A stretch of DNA of 64,000 nt, taken from assembly GCA_047967505.1 (NCBI GenBank), contig CM106538.1; one strand, given 5' to 3'. The notes below the pieces were generated by a model. That model ran no database searches. It was not told the DNA's origin and saw only the letters and a program-made list of their open reading frames with translations. Positions 14,011 through 26,193 of the stretch are shown here, one piece after another. The position numbers and the translations under genes were made by a program. This DNA is from Dipteris shenzhenensis (lineage: Eukaryota). Each line of letters starts with the position of its first letter. The stretch's first letter is position 1.

Positions 14011-14791
14011 TAAGGAGAGAGAAGTCGGTGGTGATGAGGGTGAAGAGGCAGCGGGGGAGTGGTTGTGTGTAGGGCGGGGGTGGCGGAGGGGAGGTTTAAT
14101 TAACTTAGAGGTTTTAATTAAATGTAGATTAATTTAACATTAGGGGGCTTAGCTTAGATTAATGTTTTAATTAAATCACCATTCAAATTTTTAGGTTAAA
14201 GATCTAAAGTTTGAAACTTTTGTTAACCAAATCAAATTGTGAATTTCAAGATGACAAAATTACAAACCTAGTGCAACAAATCCCGTGCAAATCCGATGTT
14301 TAGTTTAGGAGATATAGAATTTAGGAATTTAGGAGAGCCATTCGGAGCGCGGGGTTTTCGAACGTGTTAAGTGAATGGTGAAGGAATTTTCAACCAAAAC
14401 ATTGCGTGAGCACAAAAAGAGCAGAGGCCAAACACTTCGCGTAGAAATAATTTGGCTCAAATCGCAGCAGCTGTTTGTAAACTTGCACGAAGGAGCGATT
14501 TTGTGCAAAAATTCGCAGGATTCATTGCTCGAACGCTTCAGTGTTGTGGAACACGGAGAAGCTTCAGAGAGGTGGAACAGAAAGAAAGGCTGCGACGCAA
14601 AATATTGCGTCTCATTTTGTGTTTTCTCCCGCTAGGTCGCATTGAATGTTTCCTCCGATAAAGAGATGTTAGCTATGAAATTCGGCAAAAACACCTTAGA
14701 CTTTGATTGCTGATCAAGGCTTTCCTTTTTGAGACTGATTCTGAAGTGATTTCGAAGCTTCCAGCAGGTCTATTGATCCCATCTTATTGCG

Positions 14792-15766
14792 ATGGAGACC
14801 ACTTCTTCTCTTGCGGAACATTTGCGAATTGTTGAAGTAGTTTTTACTTCCGCCTGTGGCGAATTTTCTTTGCGGAGTCCTTCAGAACCTGAGGCGGAGT
14901 CCTTGGTCGCCGCAGCCGCAGCCGCAGCCTCTTGCCTTTTGAAAGTATCGGAATTGATTGCAAACAAATTTCTCAACGAGCCTTTAGCTGACCATTTGGA
15001 AGCCGAGGGTAACATAGTGACTCAGGCATTGGATTTGGAAACGAATAACCTTGCAGAATCGACAGGTTTTACTCCCAGCTCTCAAGACTCGACGGAACGA
15101 TTTCAAAACTTTCCACAGGATGCAATGTGTGATGATAAGAACGAGATTGGAAATTTGAAGGATTTTCCAGAAACAATTGAGAAAAACGAGAGCTACCAGC
15201 TTTTCGCTGAAGATGTTAAGATGAGAGGCATTGCCTTGTTCCCAGAAAAGCTTCGAAGCAGTAAAGAAACCGCAGCAAAATCGGAGGACTGCTACAAAGA
15301 TTGGATCGAATGTTGTGAGACACTTTGTGGGGCAGCATTCTACAAGCGGTTCGGAGCCGAGATCGCCGACCATTTGAGCCGTACAGCGCCCGATCAGTCC
15401 GCTTACTGGTTGGAATGTTTGAAAAGTGTTGGTATGACTATCCAACTTGCCCGACCTTGCAGGAGAAGGCTTAAAAGATCACAGGAAGAGCTTGTTAAAG
15501 AAACTACAGGAGCACAGGATGCCTTTCTAGAAGAAGAGGCATCAGAAGCGTCCTTAAGATGGATGTGGCCGGAGCTAAAGGGCCCTGGAGGTCTTATGTG
15601 TAAGCGGTGGCGTACACGTCTAGCAGCTGCAGAGTTATCTGCTGTCTTCTATGATAACGATTCTTCGAAGGCCATGGATGGCTCTGATGAGTGCCTTGTG
15701 GGAATGTACCGAGAGCTACTTGATCAACTCGTCTCAAATCTGGCTCTTTCAGATCCACAGTGGCTG
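14792..15766 (+). CDS. Exon 1 of the large host gene (325 codons, METTSSLAEH...SDPQWL)
   Basis: Uninterrupted, non-TE-like, CpG-retaining ORF; ends at donor CTG|GTATGA (phase 0) just before the in-frame TGA. Confidence 0.8.
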
Positions 15767-15818
15767 GTATGAGAGCGGTTGCTTTTAGTCTCCCAGTTGT
15801 AAACTGAATTCTGAACGA

Positions 15819-15967
15819 TGGCCAGGCTTTGTACTTTTAGGATTCTAGTAAATAGCATAAAAACGCACTGTGTGCTTCCAAATTATTAGCGAAGGTGGCC
15901 AGGCTTTGTACTTTTGGGCTTCAAGTAAATAGCATAAAAGCGAACTGTGTACTTCCGAATTATTAGC
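15819..15967. repeat. Imperfect 77-bp tandem duplication in intron 1
   Basis: TGGCCAGGCTTTGTACTTTT...AATTATTAGC at 15819 and 15896. Confidence 0.85.
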
Positions 15968-16597
15968 CAAATTTTTTCTTCTACTTCAATGAATGTCTTT
16001 GTAAAGTGGTTTTGTTCTTTTTTATAGTTATACACATTATTGCTGACCGGGTTGGCTCCTTAAACATAACAAGGATCTGCTGTTGACAGGCTGCCACATG
16101 GGCAGCTCTTTGTTCAGCCCTAGTGGCAGCCCTTTCTGTTGGAATTATAGGGTCAATGCCTCACCTGTAAGCCCCCAAATGTGAGGAGAGCTCAGGGGCT
16201 TGACACCTACATAGGATTGTGGGTAGACGGATCAGTCAGCTCATATTCCAACACGTATACAATAAATATTCAATGTTTTTGGTCTGCATATTAGTTCTTC
16301 CCTCTAGTATGAGGAAGTGAATTTGAAGTCCAGGCAATTGCTAAGAGCACATAGCTTTTATGGATCTCTAAAATTTCCTCACATCAGAACTCCAATGCCT
16401 ACTTTTTCTTTTTCATGACATTTCCGTACTTTTTTGAGTTTTCACAACATTTCCGAATGTTGCATTTAGGGACATTTGTTCAACAAACGCATTGTGAAAT
16501 GCCATCTCTTTAAACATTGATGTGCAATCAATGCATACTTGAACTCAATGCAAGATGCTTTTTCTGCTTAGTCATAGGCAAGTTTGTTTTTGTTCAG

Positions 16598-16683
16598 GCT
16601 TCAGATGCAAGGCTTTCATTTATATATTGCAGCTTGCTAAATATAATTATGAACATTAAGGAACATCATGGACATTGCTACAG
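16598..16683 (+). CDS. Predicted exon 2 (ASDARLSFIYCSLLNIIMNIKEHHGHCY)
   Basis: Acceptor TTTGTTTTTGTTCAG|, donor CAG|GTTTAA; 86 nt, phase 0 to 2, which makes all downstream exons join in frame. Confidence 0.6.
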
Positions 16684-16705
16684 GTTTAACATCATGGACA
16701 CAACT

Positions 16706-16917
16706 ACAGACATGCTTCAATGGCAGACAAAGGGTCATGACCCTACAAGGGCAAGCTAACCTCAGAAACTCGGCCTCCAGTCTGGATCGCAGGCTGCAAA
16801 AGCCTGCATGAAGCCGGAATCACTAGTATCGCTTTTGGCCGTATGGCAGTGGATCCGTTCCCGGGCCTTGTACACCCCGCCCATCACATTATGAGAGCTG
16901 TGGCCATGCCCGAAGTC
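16706..16917 (+). pseudogene. rrn16: Nuclear insertion of a plastid 16S rRNA 3'-region fragment (NUPT), decayed
   Basis: GCAGGCTGCAA..GCCTGCATGAAGCCGGAATC, CCGTTCCCGGGCCTTGTACAC.CCGCCC.TCAC, GAGCTG..GCCATGCCCGAAGTC follow the plastid-type 16S sequence in order, with many CG to TG/CA changes. Confidence 0.88.
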
Positions 16918-18487
16918 TGAGATACTGTAAGGAGTAGAGCCAAAAAAGCCAGACATTAGCACATAGATTGGATTAAGTCTAGTGGTCCATACTTGAATAT
17001 ATACACGCAATCAAGTGAAAGTTGATCTCGAGAGTACAAACAAGGGGGTTTTGTTGCTGACACCTAGTACTTTTTCCAAGAGTTTGTACTTTGCAGTCCA
17101 CATACAACAAGAGTTGTGAGTTATGACTTCATTTCAATCAAGTCTCATCCACATTATCCTCATCTATGACAGACTGAATCCTCTCCGTCCCCACGTCTTC
17201 CTCTTGTTGTAGCAGTCTGCATTGCTTTCCCTGATAAAATTCATGGTGGCAGTGAGAGGAAAACGACCTCAAGGTGGGTGTAGAAGAAGCAACATGACTC
17301 AAAGGATGAAGAGTAAAGATCACAACATGAGCATGTTCATCCAAAAATCTTCTCCCTAGTGTTGTTAAACATGCTAAGATGTCGTTAGACACGCTTTAGA
17401 CACAATCTTGTTACATCTCTTAAAAACAAGATGCTTAAGACACACCCGTTTTTTAATATATAATTCAAAAATATATACAAGTAGACTAATATACAGATTT
17501 GGTTACAAGCATAGCCATAGCGAAAAGCAGCCATATGTTAGTAATTACATCGAATCTAAAGATTTAGCACATGTCACGTAGTGAACTTATAGCTTTAGAG
17601 TCTAAGCAATTAGTGCACATTTTTTTTTTCTTTTTTTCTAGAGAAAAGAACTTCCTACTGATGCTTGAAAAAACAACCATTCAAATCGTCAGAGAACCCA
17701 GCTCACCGCCTAGGGAGTCTCTAAAACATGGACCAACAACGAGGGTGGGGGGAACTATACAACCAGTGAATGCCTCGCTTTGTGAATATATAGAAGGCAC
17801 CTGCAGGCCAAGCCTTGCAGAAATGTGCTCGCCTATTGGTCATCTTAGAGAGCCCATCGTCCCTCGCTCACATATGCTGCACAAGGTGTAGATGTCTTGT
17901 TAGGACCTGCTGCCTGTCCATCACCAAACGACAACGGGCTACCCAAATGTTTCAAGCAATGATGCTGGACACCATCTCCCAAATACTGTCCTCTGGTGAG
18001 GATGCGGGCTGCTGGTGGCAGGAAGGGGGAGTATCATCGTGTAACTTGATCCAAAAGGTCCTCTATCCATGGATCTTGTAGCTTGGTGAAATCATGTCCA
18101 ATAAAAAAGGCACGACCCCCCTCTGACGACCAGGGTGCCATGCTCCAGGTGAAGTCCACTACATCATTTGCGTCTTAGCCACGATCTTAAGGGCTTCGTA
18201 TCAGGAGTATGCAATGATACCCTGAATAGAGCGGCTCCTAGTATCACTCCATCCATCTCCCATCAATGTGACACCACATTTCACCCATATGTCTTTGATT
18301 GGAGTCAAAGCTTGCACGATAGCGGTCTTCTTTGTTGCCAAAATTGTGGTGCGCAGGGCCTCACATGAGGGAGGAGTGTAAGATGGTCCAAAGGATGCAA
18401 TCTCCTTTACCATATCAATGAAGTAAGGATTGCAGGCCTTTGCCGTGGGCACATTTGCTCCATAAAAGAATCGGCCCATTGCAGGAT

Positions 18488-21180
18488 TGTCATGTGCACG
18501 GATTGGTATCTGACGTGTATTGGGTACACAAGACTAGCTCAGGTAGCCTGGGGAGGCTTAGGGCTAGGCAAGCTTGATTCTCCGGTTGAGTGGCAAGGGT
18601 ACGAACCAGTTAGAGGTCTTTGCTATTTTTGGCGCTCGGGGCCCGAGTCTATGTAAGGGGCCTAGAGGTTCAGTTCTCAGGGAGCGAGCAAGTCTCGTTC
18701 CCAGGTGCTAGGTCTGATCTTGGATTGAGTCGCGGACACGCGCCTACTTCATAGCGTAGCCCAAGGCCCAACAGTAGATCCTAGGCTTCACAGTGCCACC
18801 TGGTGGTATGGGACACCAGGTTGGTTAGGAACTGGTTTGGAGTTCGTGTTGTAGCTCAGCTCGTGGATCGGAGGGGACATCTCCTGATTCAGGATCGCAT
18901 CTCGTAGATGTCATGGTTGGGTGGTGAGCAACTTACTCAGATTCCTCACGTTTGGTGTGTTCTTGTGTTTTTTTGCAGACCAGAGGTTTCATAGTGCTGG
19001 GGACGTGTCAGTTGGTATCAGAGCCAACTCATGAGGTAGGAATCTCTGCTATGAGAAATTTGGACGAAATTTTCTCCAAGTATGCCTCAATTTCGAAATT
19101 CATGTTCTTGCCCTGCAAGTGCTTGATTGGTTCATCGTTAAGGGTTGTGGTTTTGAATTGGGAAAGAAGGAAGGAGAAAGAGAGAGTGGGTGAATTCCAT
19201 GTTGATGTGAGGGGCTAAGTGAGAGAGAGTGCGAGGTGTAGCTTGGAGAGAGCGGAGAGGATTGTAGGAGTGACGTGAGAGGAGCCGCTAGGCAAGCGAG
19301 GGCTGAGGCTTGCAAGACATGCAAGAAATGTTACAGTTTGCCAAGGAGTCTATTAGAAGTGCACAAGATCGGGACAGATTTTATGCTAATAGACATCGCT
19401 CACCTAGAGAGTTCTCTGAAGGAACGGCGGTATATTTGCGTATTCCCAAGGAATCCAAGAGCCTCCCCCATATCTGTTTTAAGCAATCAGGGTCCTTGGA
19501 GTGGCTAGGTCATGGCTAAGGGTTGGGGCACACTACACATCTCCACCACAAATTAATGCCACATGTGAAATTCATAACAAGTATAATGTGAAGAACATGG
19601 ACATGTATCTTGCTCCATTGGTGAATGATCTTTAAGCTTTGTGTCATGGCATTCATTTTTATGATATCTCATGACCCATTGGCATAAGAGACCTAATATT
19701 ACAATGGATTTTAATGTGGACTGTGCATAACATCACAGGCTACATGATTGTGCTAGTCTATTAGTCCAAGGACATTATGTTTGTCCATTTTATGGAGAAA
19801 TCTTGGAGAGTCACCACTACGTGCCTCTTGGAAAATTGGTGTATGAAAGCCATCACAAGTATCTTCCAAAGGATCATCCCTACCACACCGATGCTTATTT
19901 TGGGGGCTTGATATGAGAGAATCACCTCTAATGATTAAGGGATTGGTTGGTGGAATGGCATGGTCCTAAGACTCCAATACCTCTACATGGCATGGAAAGG
20001 CTGTCTATTTTCTACAACCTTCCTTATTGGAAACATTTAAAGGTCACTATCTTTTGGATCCTATGCACATATTTAAAAATGTTTGTAAAAGCCTATGGAA
20101 GGATAGGGTAGGTGATAAAGACAACTGGAAGTAGCAAGACTCACTTGAGGAACAAGGGGATAAAGAGGAGAATTTTGCAAATAGAGGTAAATGGGAAGGT
20201 TATGGGTTTTTATTCCAATGGAAGATAGAAAAACATTGGAATAAATTAAAAGGAAATTACTATGAATTTATGAAAAACTAGGTAGGCGAAAAATAAGGAA
20301 AATAAAAAATTGAAGATAAGAAATAAGGACCAGTTGCATATAAACTAGAATTGCCTCCTGATGTTAAAGTATATCCAGTATTTCATGTCAGTAGACTGAA
20401 AAAGTTATTGGGTGCGGATGATCAACTTGTTTCTCCTCAAGAAATAGTAGAAGTTACAGATTTGACTTTTATTCCACACGAACCCGAGTGTATTCTTGAA
20501 TTTCATGAAAGGCAGATTCGTAATAGAACTATCATGGAATACAAGATCAAGTGGAAGGATCGTGTTGAGGAGGATGCAACATGGGAGACATTACAGAACC
20601 TCCAGAGGACATTCCCGGGTTTACGTGAGTTCTTGGAGGAGGGGAAGTATGTCATGTGCACGGATTGGTATTTGACGTGTACTGGGTGCACAAGACTAGC
20701 TTAGGTAACCTGGGGAGGCTTAGGGCTAGGCAGGCTTGATTCTCGGGTTGAGTGGCAAGGGTACGAACCAGTTAGAGGTCTTCGCTATTTTTGGTGCTTG
20801 GGGCCCGAGTCTATATAAGGGGCCTAGAGGTTCAGTTCTTAGGGAGCCGATGGGAGCAAGTCTCGTTCCCAGGTGCTAGGTCTGATCCTGGATTGAGTCG
20901 CGGACGTGCTCCTGCTTCATAGCGTAGCCCAAGGCCTAGCAGTAGATCCCATGGTTCATAGCGCCACCTGGTGGTATGGGACACCAGGCTAGTTAGGATG
21001 TGGTTGGGAGTTCGTGCTAGTAGCTCAGCTCGTGGCTTGGAGGGGACATCTCCTGATTCGGGATCGCGTCCTGTAGATGTCATGGTTGGGTGGTGAGCAG
21101 CCTGCTCAAATTTCTCACGTTTGGTGTGTTCTTGTGCTTGTTTGTAGACCAGAGGTTTCAGGAGTGCTGGGGACGTGTCA
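18488..21180 (+). mobile_element. Non-autonomous chromovirus-derived LTR element (2.7 kb)
   Basis: LTRs 18488-19010 and 20650-21180 (TGTCATGTGCACGG...GGACGTGTCA); PBS TGGTATCAGAGCC at 19013; PPT GGAGGAGGGGAAG; TSD AGGAT/AGCAT (4/5); only integrase tail (19310-19462) and [13 protein letters not shown] + chromodomain (20326-20640) remain. Confidence 0.92.
19580..20130 (+). pseudogene. CACTA/En-Spm transposase (TnpD/Transposase_21-type) fragment inside the LTR element
   Basis: NMDMYLAPLVNDL*AL, ILMWTVH, GHYVCP, HHKYLPKDHPY, SIFYNLPYWKHL, LDPMHIFKNV occur in the canonical order. Confidence 0.88.
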
Positions 21181-22396
21181 AGCATCTACCTGTGCCCTCC
21201 TTCCAGGATGCCATGATGCCACAATGCTAGCCTGCACGACTCTCGGGGTGGGGGCTGATGAAGCGGGAGCATGTGCCTCTGAAGCTGTACTCCCAAAGAA
21301 GGAGCTAGAAATGGAAGCAGCAGGAGAAGGTGCTGCATGTGAGGATGCCCTTGCTCGACCTCGAGGATCAAGAACATTCTGCCGTGCTTCCTCAGCGTCC
21401 AATCTATCTGCAAGTGCTTGAAAACGTGCCATCTCTGAATCTGGAATATTCCCAGGGCAGCAGTTAACGTTTCTCCTCTTTACTCGCAATGATGTCGAAC
21501 TCGGTCTGAGCCTCCAGATTTTTCATCTTGGCAAAATTTGCATCTCAACTTGTGTGCTCCTCCTTTTGACTTGTTGTAGAGGCTTCCAGGCTCCACTTCC
21601 TTCCACCACGGAGATTTGTTGTCTTGGTTGATGCCATGGGGAGGAGCCATTGAGAGAAGGGGAACTGATAGAGTGGGCTGATGGCTAAAGGTGGAGAGAG
21701 TGGAGAGAAGGGGGCTGAGAGAGTAGGCTGAAGGGGAGAGAAGAGGGCTGAGCCTTGAGGGAAGGGAGAGGGCTTGAGCCTTGAGGCTTGAGGGAAGGGA
21801 GGGGGCTGAAGCAAGAATAGATTGAGCAAGGAATGAGTAGATGGAGGGATGGAGGGAGTAGATGGATGGAGGAGTTGGATGGATGGAGGGAGGGAGGAAG
21901 TAGATGGAAGGATCGAGGGAGGGAGTGGAATGATGGAAGGAGGGAGGGAGGGAGTAGTTGGAGAGCTGCTGGATGGAGGAGTCGGGCTGCTGAAGGAGGG
22001 AGAGAGCAAGTGGAGGGCTGCAGGTCGAAATGGCGGAAAAAAGGCGGCTGCCGCTCCGGAAACAGGGTTGAGGAGGAAACCCTAAACCCGGCGTTAACCC
22101 TAAACCTGAAACTCCGGGTTTAGGTCCGGAACAGCTTTCGAAACGGGTTCTGGGTGCCCCGAAACGGGGCTCTCTGGAAACACCCTGGCTGGAACGTTCC
22201 AGACAGATTCCGGGGGGTTCTAGGGTTCCCTTTTCTTTGAAATGGGGTTCCACGCGTTCCGGATGGGAGAACGCGTTCCTTGGTAACTATGCAATCAAGT
22301 CAGATGGGGTACCTAGAGTTAGGGTCATTGTTGACGACCCTAACATATCTGATGAGCATACTATGCTTCATCGCGTGGATTGTTCCTTTTTTTGAC

Positions 22397-22571
22397 AGAG
22401 TCAAAATTGCGGGCAGACAGGATCAGTGCAGGATTTGTAGGACCTATGGACACTTTGCTAGGGACTGCCCTCGAAAGAAGAAGAGAGTTACAAATTGTGG
22501 GCATACAGGATCAGTGCAGGATCTGTAGTACCTATGGACACTTTGCTAGGGACTGCCCTAGAAAGAAGCAG
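22397..22571 (+). repeat. Tandem pair (~87-88 bp) of a CCHC zinc-knuckle sequence, probably LINE ORF1/gag-derived
   Basis: QDQCRICRTYGHFARDCPRKK and QDQCRICSTYGHFARDCPRKK, one base out of frame with each other. Confidence 0.85.
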
Positions 22572-23322
22572 GTTTGTCTATGGCTAATAAAAAGGTTCTC
22601 TCTTACTAGGAATGGTAGGGATTGATTGAATTCAAGTTGAAGTGGGATGGGATATGGTGGGTAACCAATCATAAACAGGCTTGTTGTTTCCCCAGTGATA
22701 GGCAAGATCGATCTGACATCCATTGCAGATAGCTAGCCGGAGATCTCAGAGAGGATCCTAAAGGTCTCTCAGTGTGTTTCAGGTTCAGCAGGGGATGTCG
22801 TGCGTGCTAAATGCCTGTGAGCATTTGCTTAGAGGAGACACAACATCTGCCAACAACAGTAGATCTACCACATGAGCAGAAGTCAATAACCAGAAGCAGG
22901 CAGGTGCTAACAATATCTGCAGACGTCAACAAGCAGCAGTAGGATGTCCACACAGGCAAGCAGCAAGTAGCCTGCACCTCTCACTCTTTTCTTCACGAAC
23001 GACCTTGGGTTGAGCCTGGACCAAATTTGATTTAACCAGCTATAACCTGTTGTCCCCTTCCTTAAGTGTGCCTCATAGATCACACTTGGCTTACCTCTGT
23101 CAACTGGAACCCCATGGGGCCAATGCTAAATTTTTTGTCAGCTAACCTAGCTACAATCACTATTAGTCGGCCGGTCGGCCAGACTGGGTCAACGTGGTAA
23201 AAAGTTTATCTTAAAAGGTCCACACCCTATTGATAGATTTCTTATTGACATTTAATTAGCTCCATCCATGTAGGAGCTGCTCCTAGGGTCCCAAAATTTT
23301 AGAGGTGGAGACCATGGTTATG

Positions 23323-24450
23323 TGTTAGAAAATACCCAACAGAGGGTACACGCAGCGGAAGACTTATAGTAATGCCCAGGAGCTCACACAGTGTGGTGTG
23401 GGTGTGGAATCACAAACTTCTTTACTTATGTGCATACAATAGGTGTGCAGACTCATCAATAGACAATGAACCAACCAGATAGAGAAACCACCAAAATATA
23501 TATTTCCGTCCACAACTATGGACACAATACAAAAGAGACAGATCGAGAGTCCCACCAATGATGTGGTCCTCTGATCTTACCACAAGGTCCTTCTCCTATC
23601 TGCTGGCTATCTCTAGACTCGAGCCCGCGTGCTCCACCTCGAGCTTCTGTAGACTTTCCGTCCAGATCCCTTCCACCTTGCTGTCTTTGCACCAGCCTAG
23701 GTGGGCAGCACTTTGAACTAGGTCTGCAGCTCTACAGCTCTCTTGTCTCCTTCTGGATAGAGACCCACAAGTGGCTGATCTGCTGCTCCCTCTGCTCCCT
23801 GAACTGCTGCTCCAAGTGATGAGAAGTGAGGCCTCAAGGACCTCCTTTTATAGGGCCCCAAGGGCTGGTAAAAATACCGACCAGCCTGCAGCAGACTGGC
23901 CGACCAGTCTGTGGCTGGTCCAGCCCTATAAGGGCTCACAACCCAGGGCTTTTGGCCCAAACTTCCAGGGCCTTTGGCCCTCCATTCAAGGCAGGGGAAC
24001 CGCCTATATAAGGCATGCCTTCTGCCCACTGACAGCCACATTTGCTGCTCCACATCTGCGCCTGCACATCCTGCGCCTCTGCCAGGCCCTCTCCCAGTTC
24101 CGTACAGAGCCGTACACCGTGTAGATGTCAGCGCCATGTGCTCGCTTTTTATTCCGGGTTCCTTGTGTTGGCTACTGCTTCGCCTTTTGCTGCTGCAGAT
24201 CCATCCTAGCTCCAGGTACCCTCCATCTCTTTGATTCTTGCCCACAACAGCTCTAGATATGCTGCCCACATGACAGCCAAGATGCTGTCCATGTGGCAGC
24301 CCCATCTTATCACTCAATCCCTTTTGGCTCTTGTCCACATGACATCCAATCAGATGCCCATGTGACAGACACTCAAACCCTAGGTTCACCCCCCCCCCCC
24401 ATGCTCTCCTCATATGGGGGCTTACAGATGGGGAGGTGACCTTTCCAACA
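23323..24450 (-). mobile_element. Solo LTR (1128 bp)
   Basis: TGTTAG...TCCAACA termini; perfect TSD TTATG at 23318-23322 and 24451-24455; TATAAAAGG on the minus strand; homologous to 29449-30269. Confidence 0.9.
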
Positions 24451-26169
24451 TTATGTGCATGACTGTTCCACATCAAGCATTGCTTAGCTAGAGCTATGCC
24501 ATTATATGACAGTTTGATCCCACCCAGTTCTTCAGCAAGCAGCCTTCAGCTTCTTTGTGCACTTGACACTTCCACACTCGGATATCATGAATAGGATTGG
24601 AGAGCTATTTACAAGAATGCTAGTCAATGGCTCAAATACATGTTGATAGGTGTCAGAACTTCTAGGGCCTTTACACCGAGAAGAATCTATCTTTCTTCTA
24701 TCACATAAATTTCTCAAACTGTCATGAGGCTTCTAATTCCAGATCTTCTAGAAGCTTCTATAAATATATAGAAAGGTCTAGAACTTTCATCCAGGCATAT
24801 GTGGGCTCTCGACCAATCCTGGTCCTCTATGGGCGTTCCCCACCAAGCACATGAACAAAACTAATGATAAAATAGAAACTTTGTCTTGTTGACCAAGGTC
24901 AAATTGAGTGAAGCTAAAATATTTCTCTTTATTTTCTTTGTATAAATTACAATTCTGTGACAGTTCCAATGAGATCTAGAAGAAGCTAGAATGGCATAAG
25001 GAAAGCAAGAGTGCTATGTTTCTGTCCCTGAGTTTTGGTTGACATACCTCATGGTAAGCCTTCCATAGGTGCAATTGGGTATGCAGAACCAAAACACAGT
25101 GCAGATAGCTACTAGAGGATTAATGAACCTCTGCCCTCGTAGGGTGACATGTGGGAAAAGCCCCCCTGGGGGACCTTTTGGGTGCTCTGAGAGACAGTGA
25201 ATGCTTGGACGGGGATTGGGGACTTCTGCACCTGAGCATATGTAGCATGTGTGTTGCTCTCTTGGGGCTCTAATATGGGATTGGAGCTGTCTAACAGCTG
25301 CCCGCAGCTGACACATGGCAGCTGCCCTGATCTGGGCAGGTTGGACTGTGGGCTGTCCTGTTTAGAGCGATCTGTTGTGCAAAGTATACCGAATTGGCTT
25401 GGCCTTCTTGATCTTGCAACATATCAGGGTCATCTTCTGATGCATATACGCCAACCATCTGACTGCCATATGGAAATAGGCTCACAATCAGGTATTGCCA
25501 GTAGAATTAGAAGAGAGAGTGAATATCTGATCTAGACTTGAAATCTACATCTAAGCTGCTTCACATTGCACAATCTCAGCTTTGAACAAATGTGCGGCCA
25601 TGTTTTCTTTAAAATATCCTTGAACTTACACTCAAACAAATTTTATTGAAAAGAAAATATCTCAATGAAGATCCAGGTAATGCTCTGAAATGGAAAATTT
25701 GCCACGTTTGCCTATAAGATTCTCTATTGAAATCCTATACTTGTTTACTATGTTTACTACTGTATATGACAGATCTTTGGTGTATTGAAGCTGGCTTCCA
25801 ACTGAAAACCTTCGTTTCTGTCCTGTGTGCAGGTCCGAAGGGGCGCTGTAATGTCTGCCAGTAGAATTTTCAAAGGTGTTGGAAGTCTTCTTTCAGTGAC
25901 AGAGTAATGCTTTCTATACAAAATCCCCACTCGCGCCCCCCGCCCCCCCCTTGTGTTCAAATGAGTTGTCACCTTATACACATGTATTTTGTCATCTGAT
26001 GGTCTAAACTATTACCTTGATGGAAGTTCTGAGTGAGCCATCTATTTTGCTTAGTATCAAGGATGAGTCAGATGGTCTCAGTTACATCCTAAATTACATG
26101 TGGCATGAGAGGTATGGGGACTGACAACTTCAAATTATCAGATGATGCTTTTTTCCTGTGTTTGTGCAG

Positions 26170-26193
26170 TTCGAAGCTGCCAATACAGCAGAT
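26170..26193 (+). CDS. Predicted 24-nt micro-exon 3 (S-SKLPIQQ-I)
   Basis: Acceptor TTTTTTCCTGTGTTTGTGCAG|, donor GAT|GTAAGA; phase 2 to 2; sits in a short non-TE island. Confidence 0.6.

Larger units (their letters stand above)
17815..22291 (-). mobile_element. hAT-superfamily DNA transposon relic (BED finger + DUF659-type transposase), split by an LTR element
   Basis: ATG at 21650 then WWKEV..LRCKFC..RVRHH (BED); RAQVDA|AMGRFFYGANVP..PYFIDMV..YTPPS..LRTTIL..GVTLMGDGWSD; terminus CATAGTTACCAAGGAACGCG at 22291 with GGAAC/GAAAC subterminal repeats; other terminus not found. Confidence 0.85.

Noticed and set aside
14375-14791. Upstream ORFs and a possible 5'-UTR intron (TAG|GTCGCA ... CCAGCAG)
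   Set aside because: Plausible, but no independent support; TSS and promoter cannot be placed from sequence alone
14770-15445. Antisense ORFs overlapping exon 1
   Set aside because: Shadow ORFs of a coding strand; no recognisable motifs
16137-16253. Mini element TGTTGGAAT...ATTCCAACA resembling the start of the 29449 LTR
   Set aside because: No TSD and only short similarity; at most an LTR scrap
17357-17570. TAGTGTTGTTAAAC with AGACAC repeats as the second hAT terminus
   Set aside because: Does not match the CATAGTTACCAAG end at 22291, and no adjoining 8-bp TSD; probably a different element
21480-22253. 257-aa Pro/Ser-rich ORF as an extensin-like gene
   Set aside because: Low-complexity hAT leader read through into the BED finger
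23718-24476. 252-aa ORF
   Set aside because: Lies almost entirely within a solo LTR with a TSD; no domain motifs
24480-26130. Unassigned region with TCTAGAAG repeats and short ORFs
   Set aside because: Probably old repeat DNA; no termini, TSD or motifs I can support
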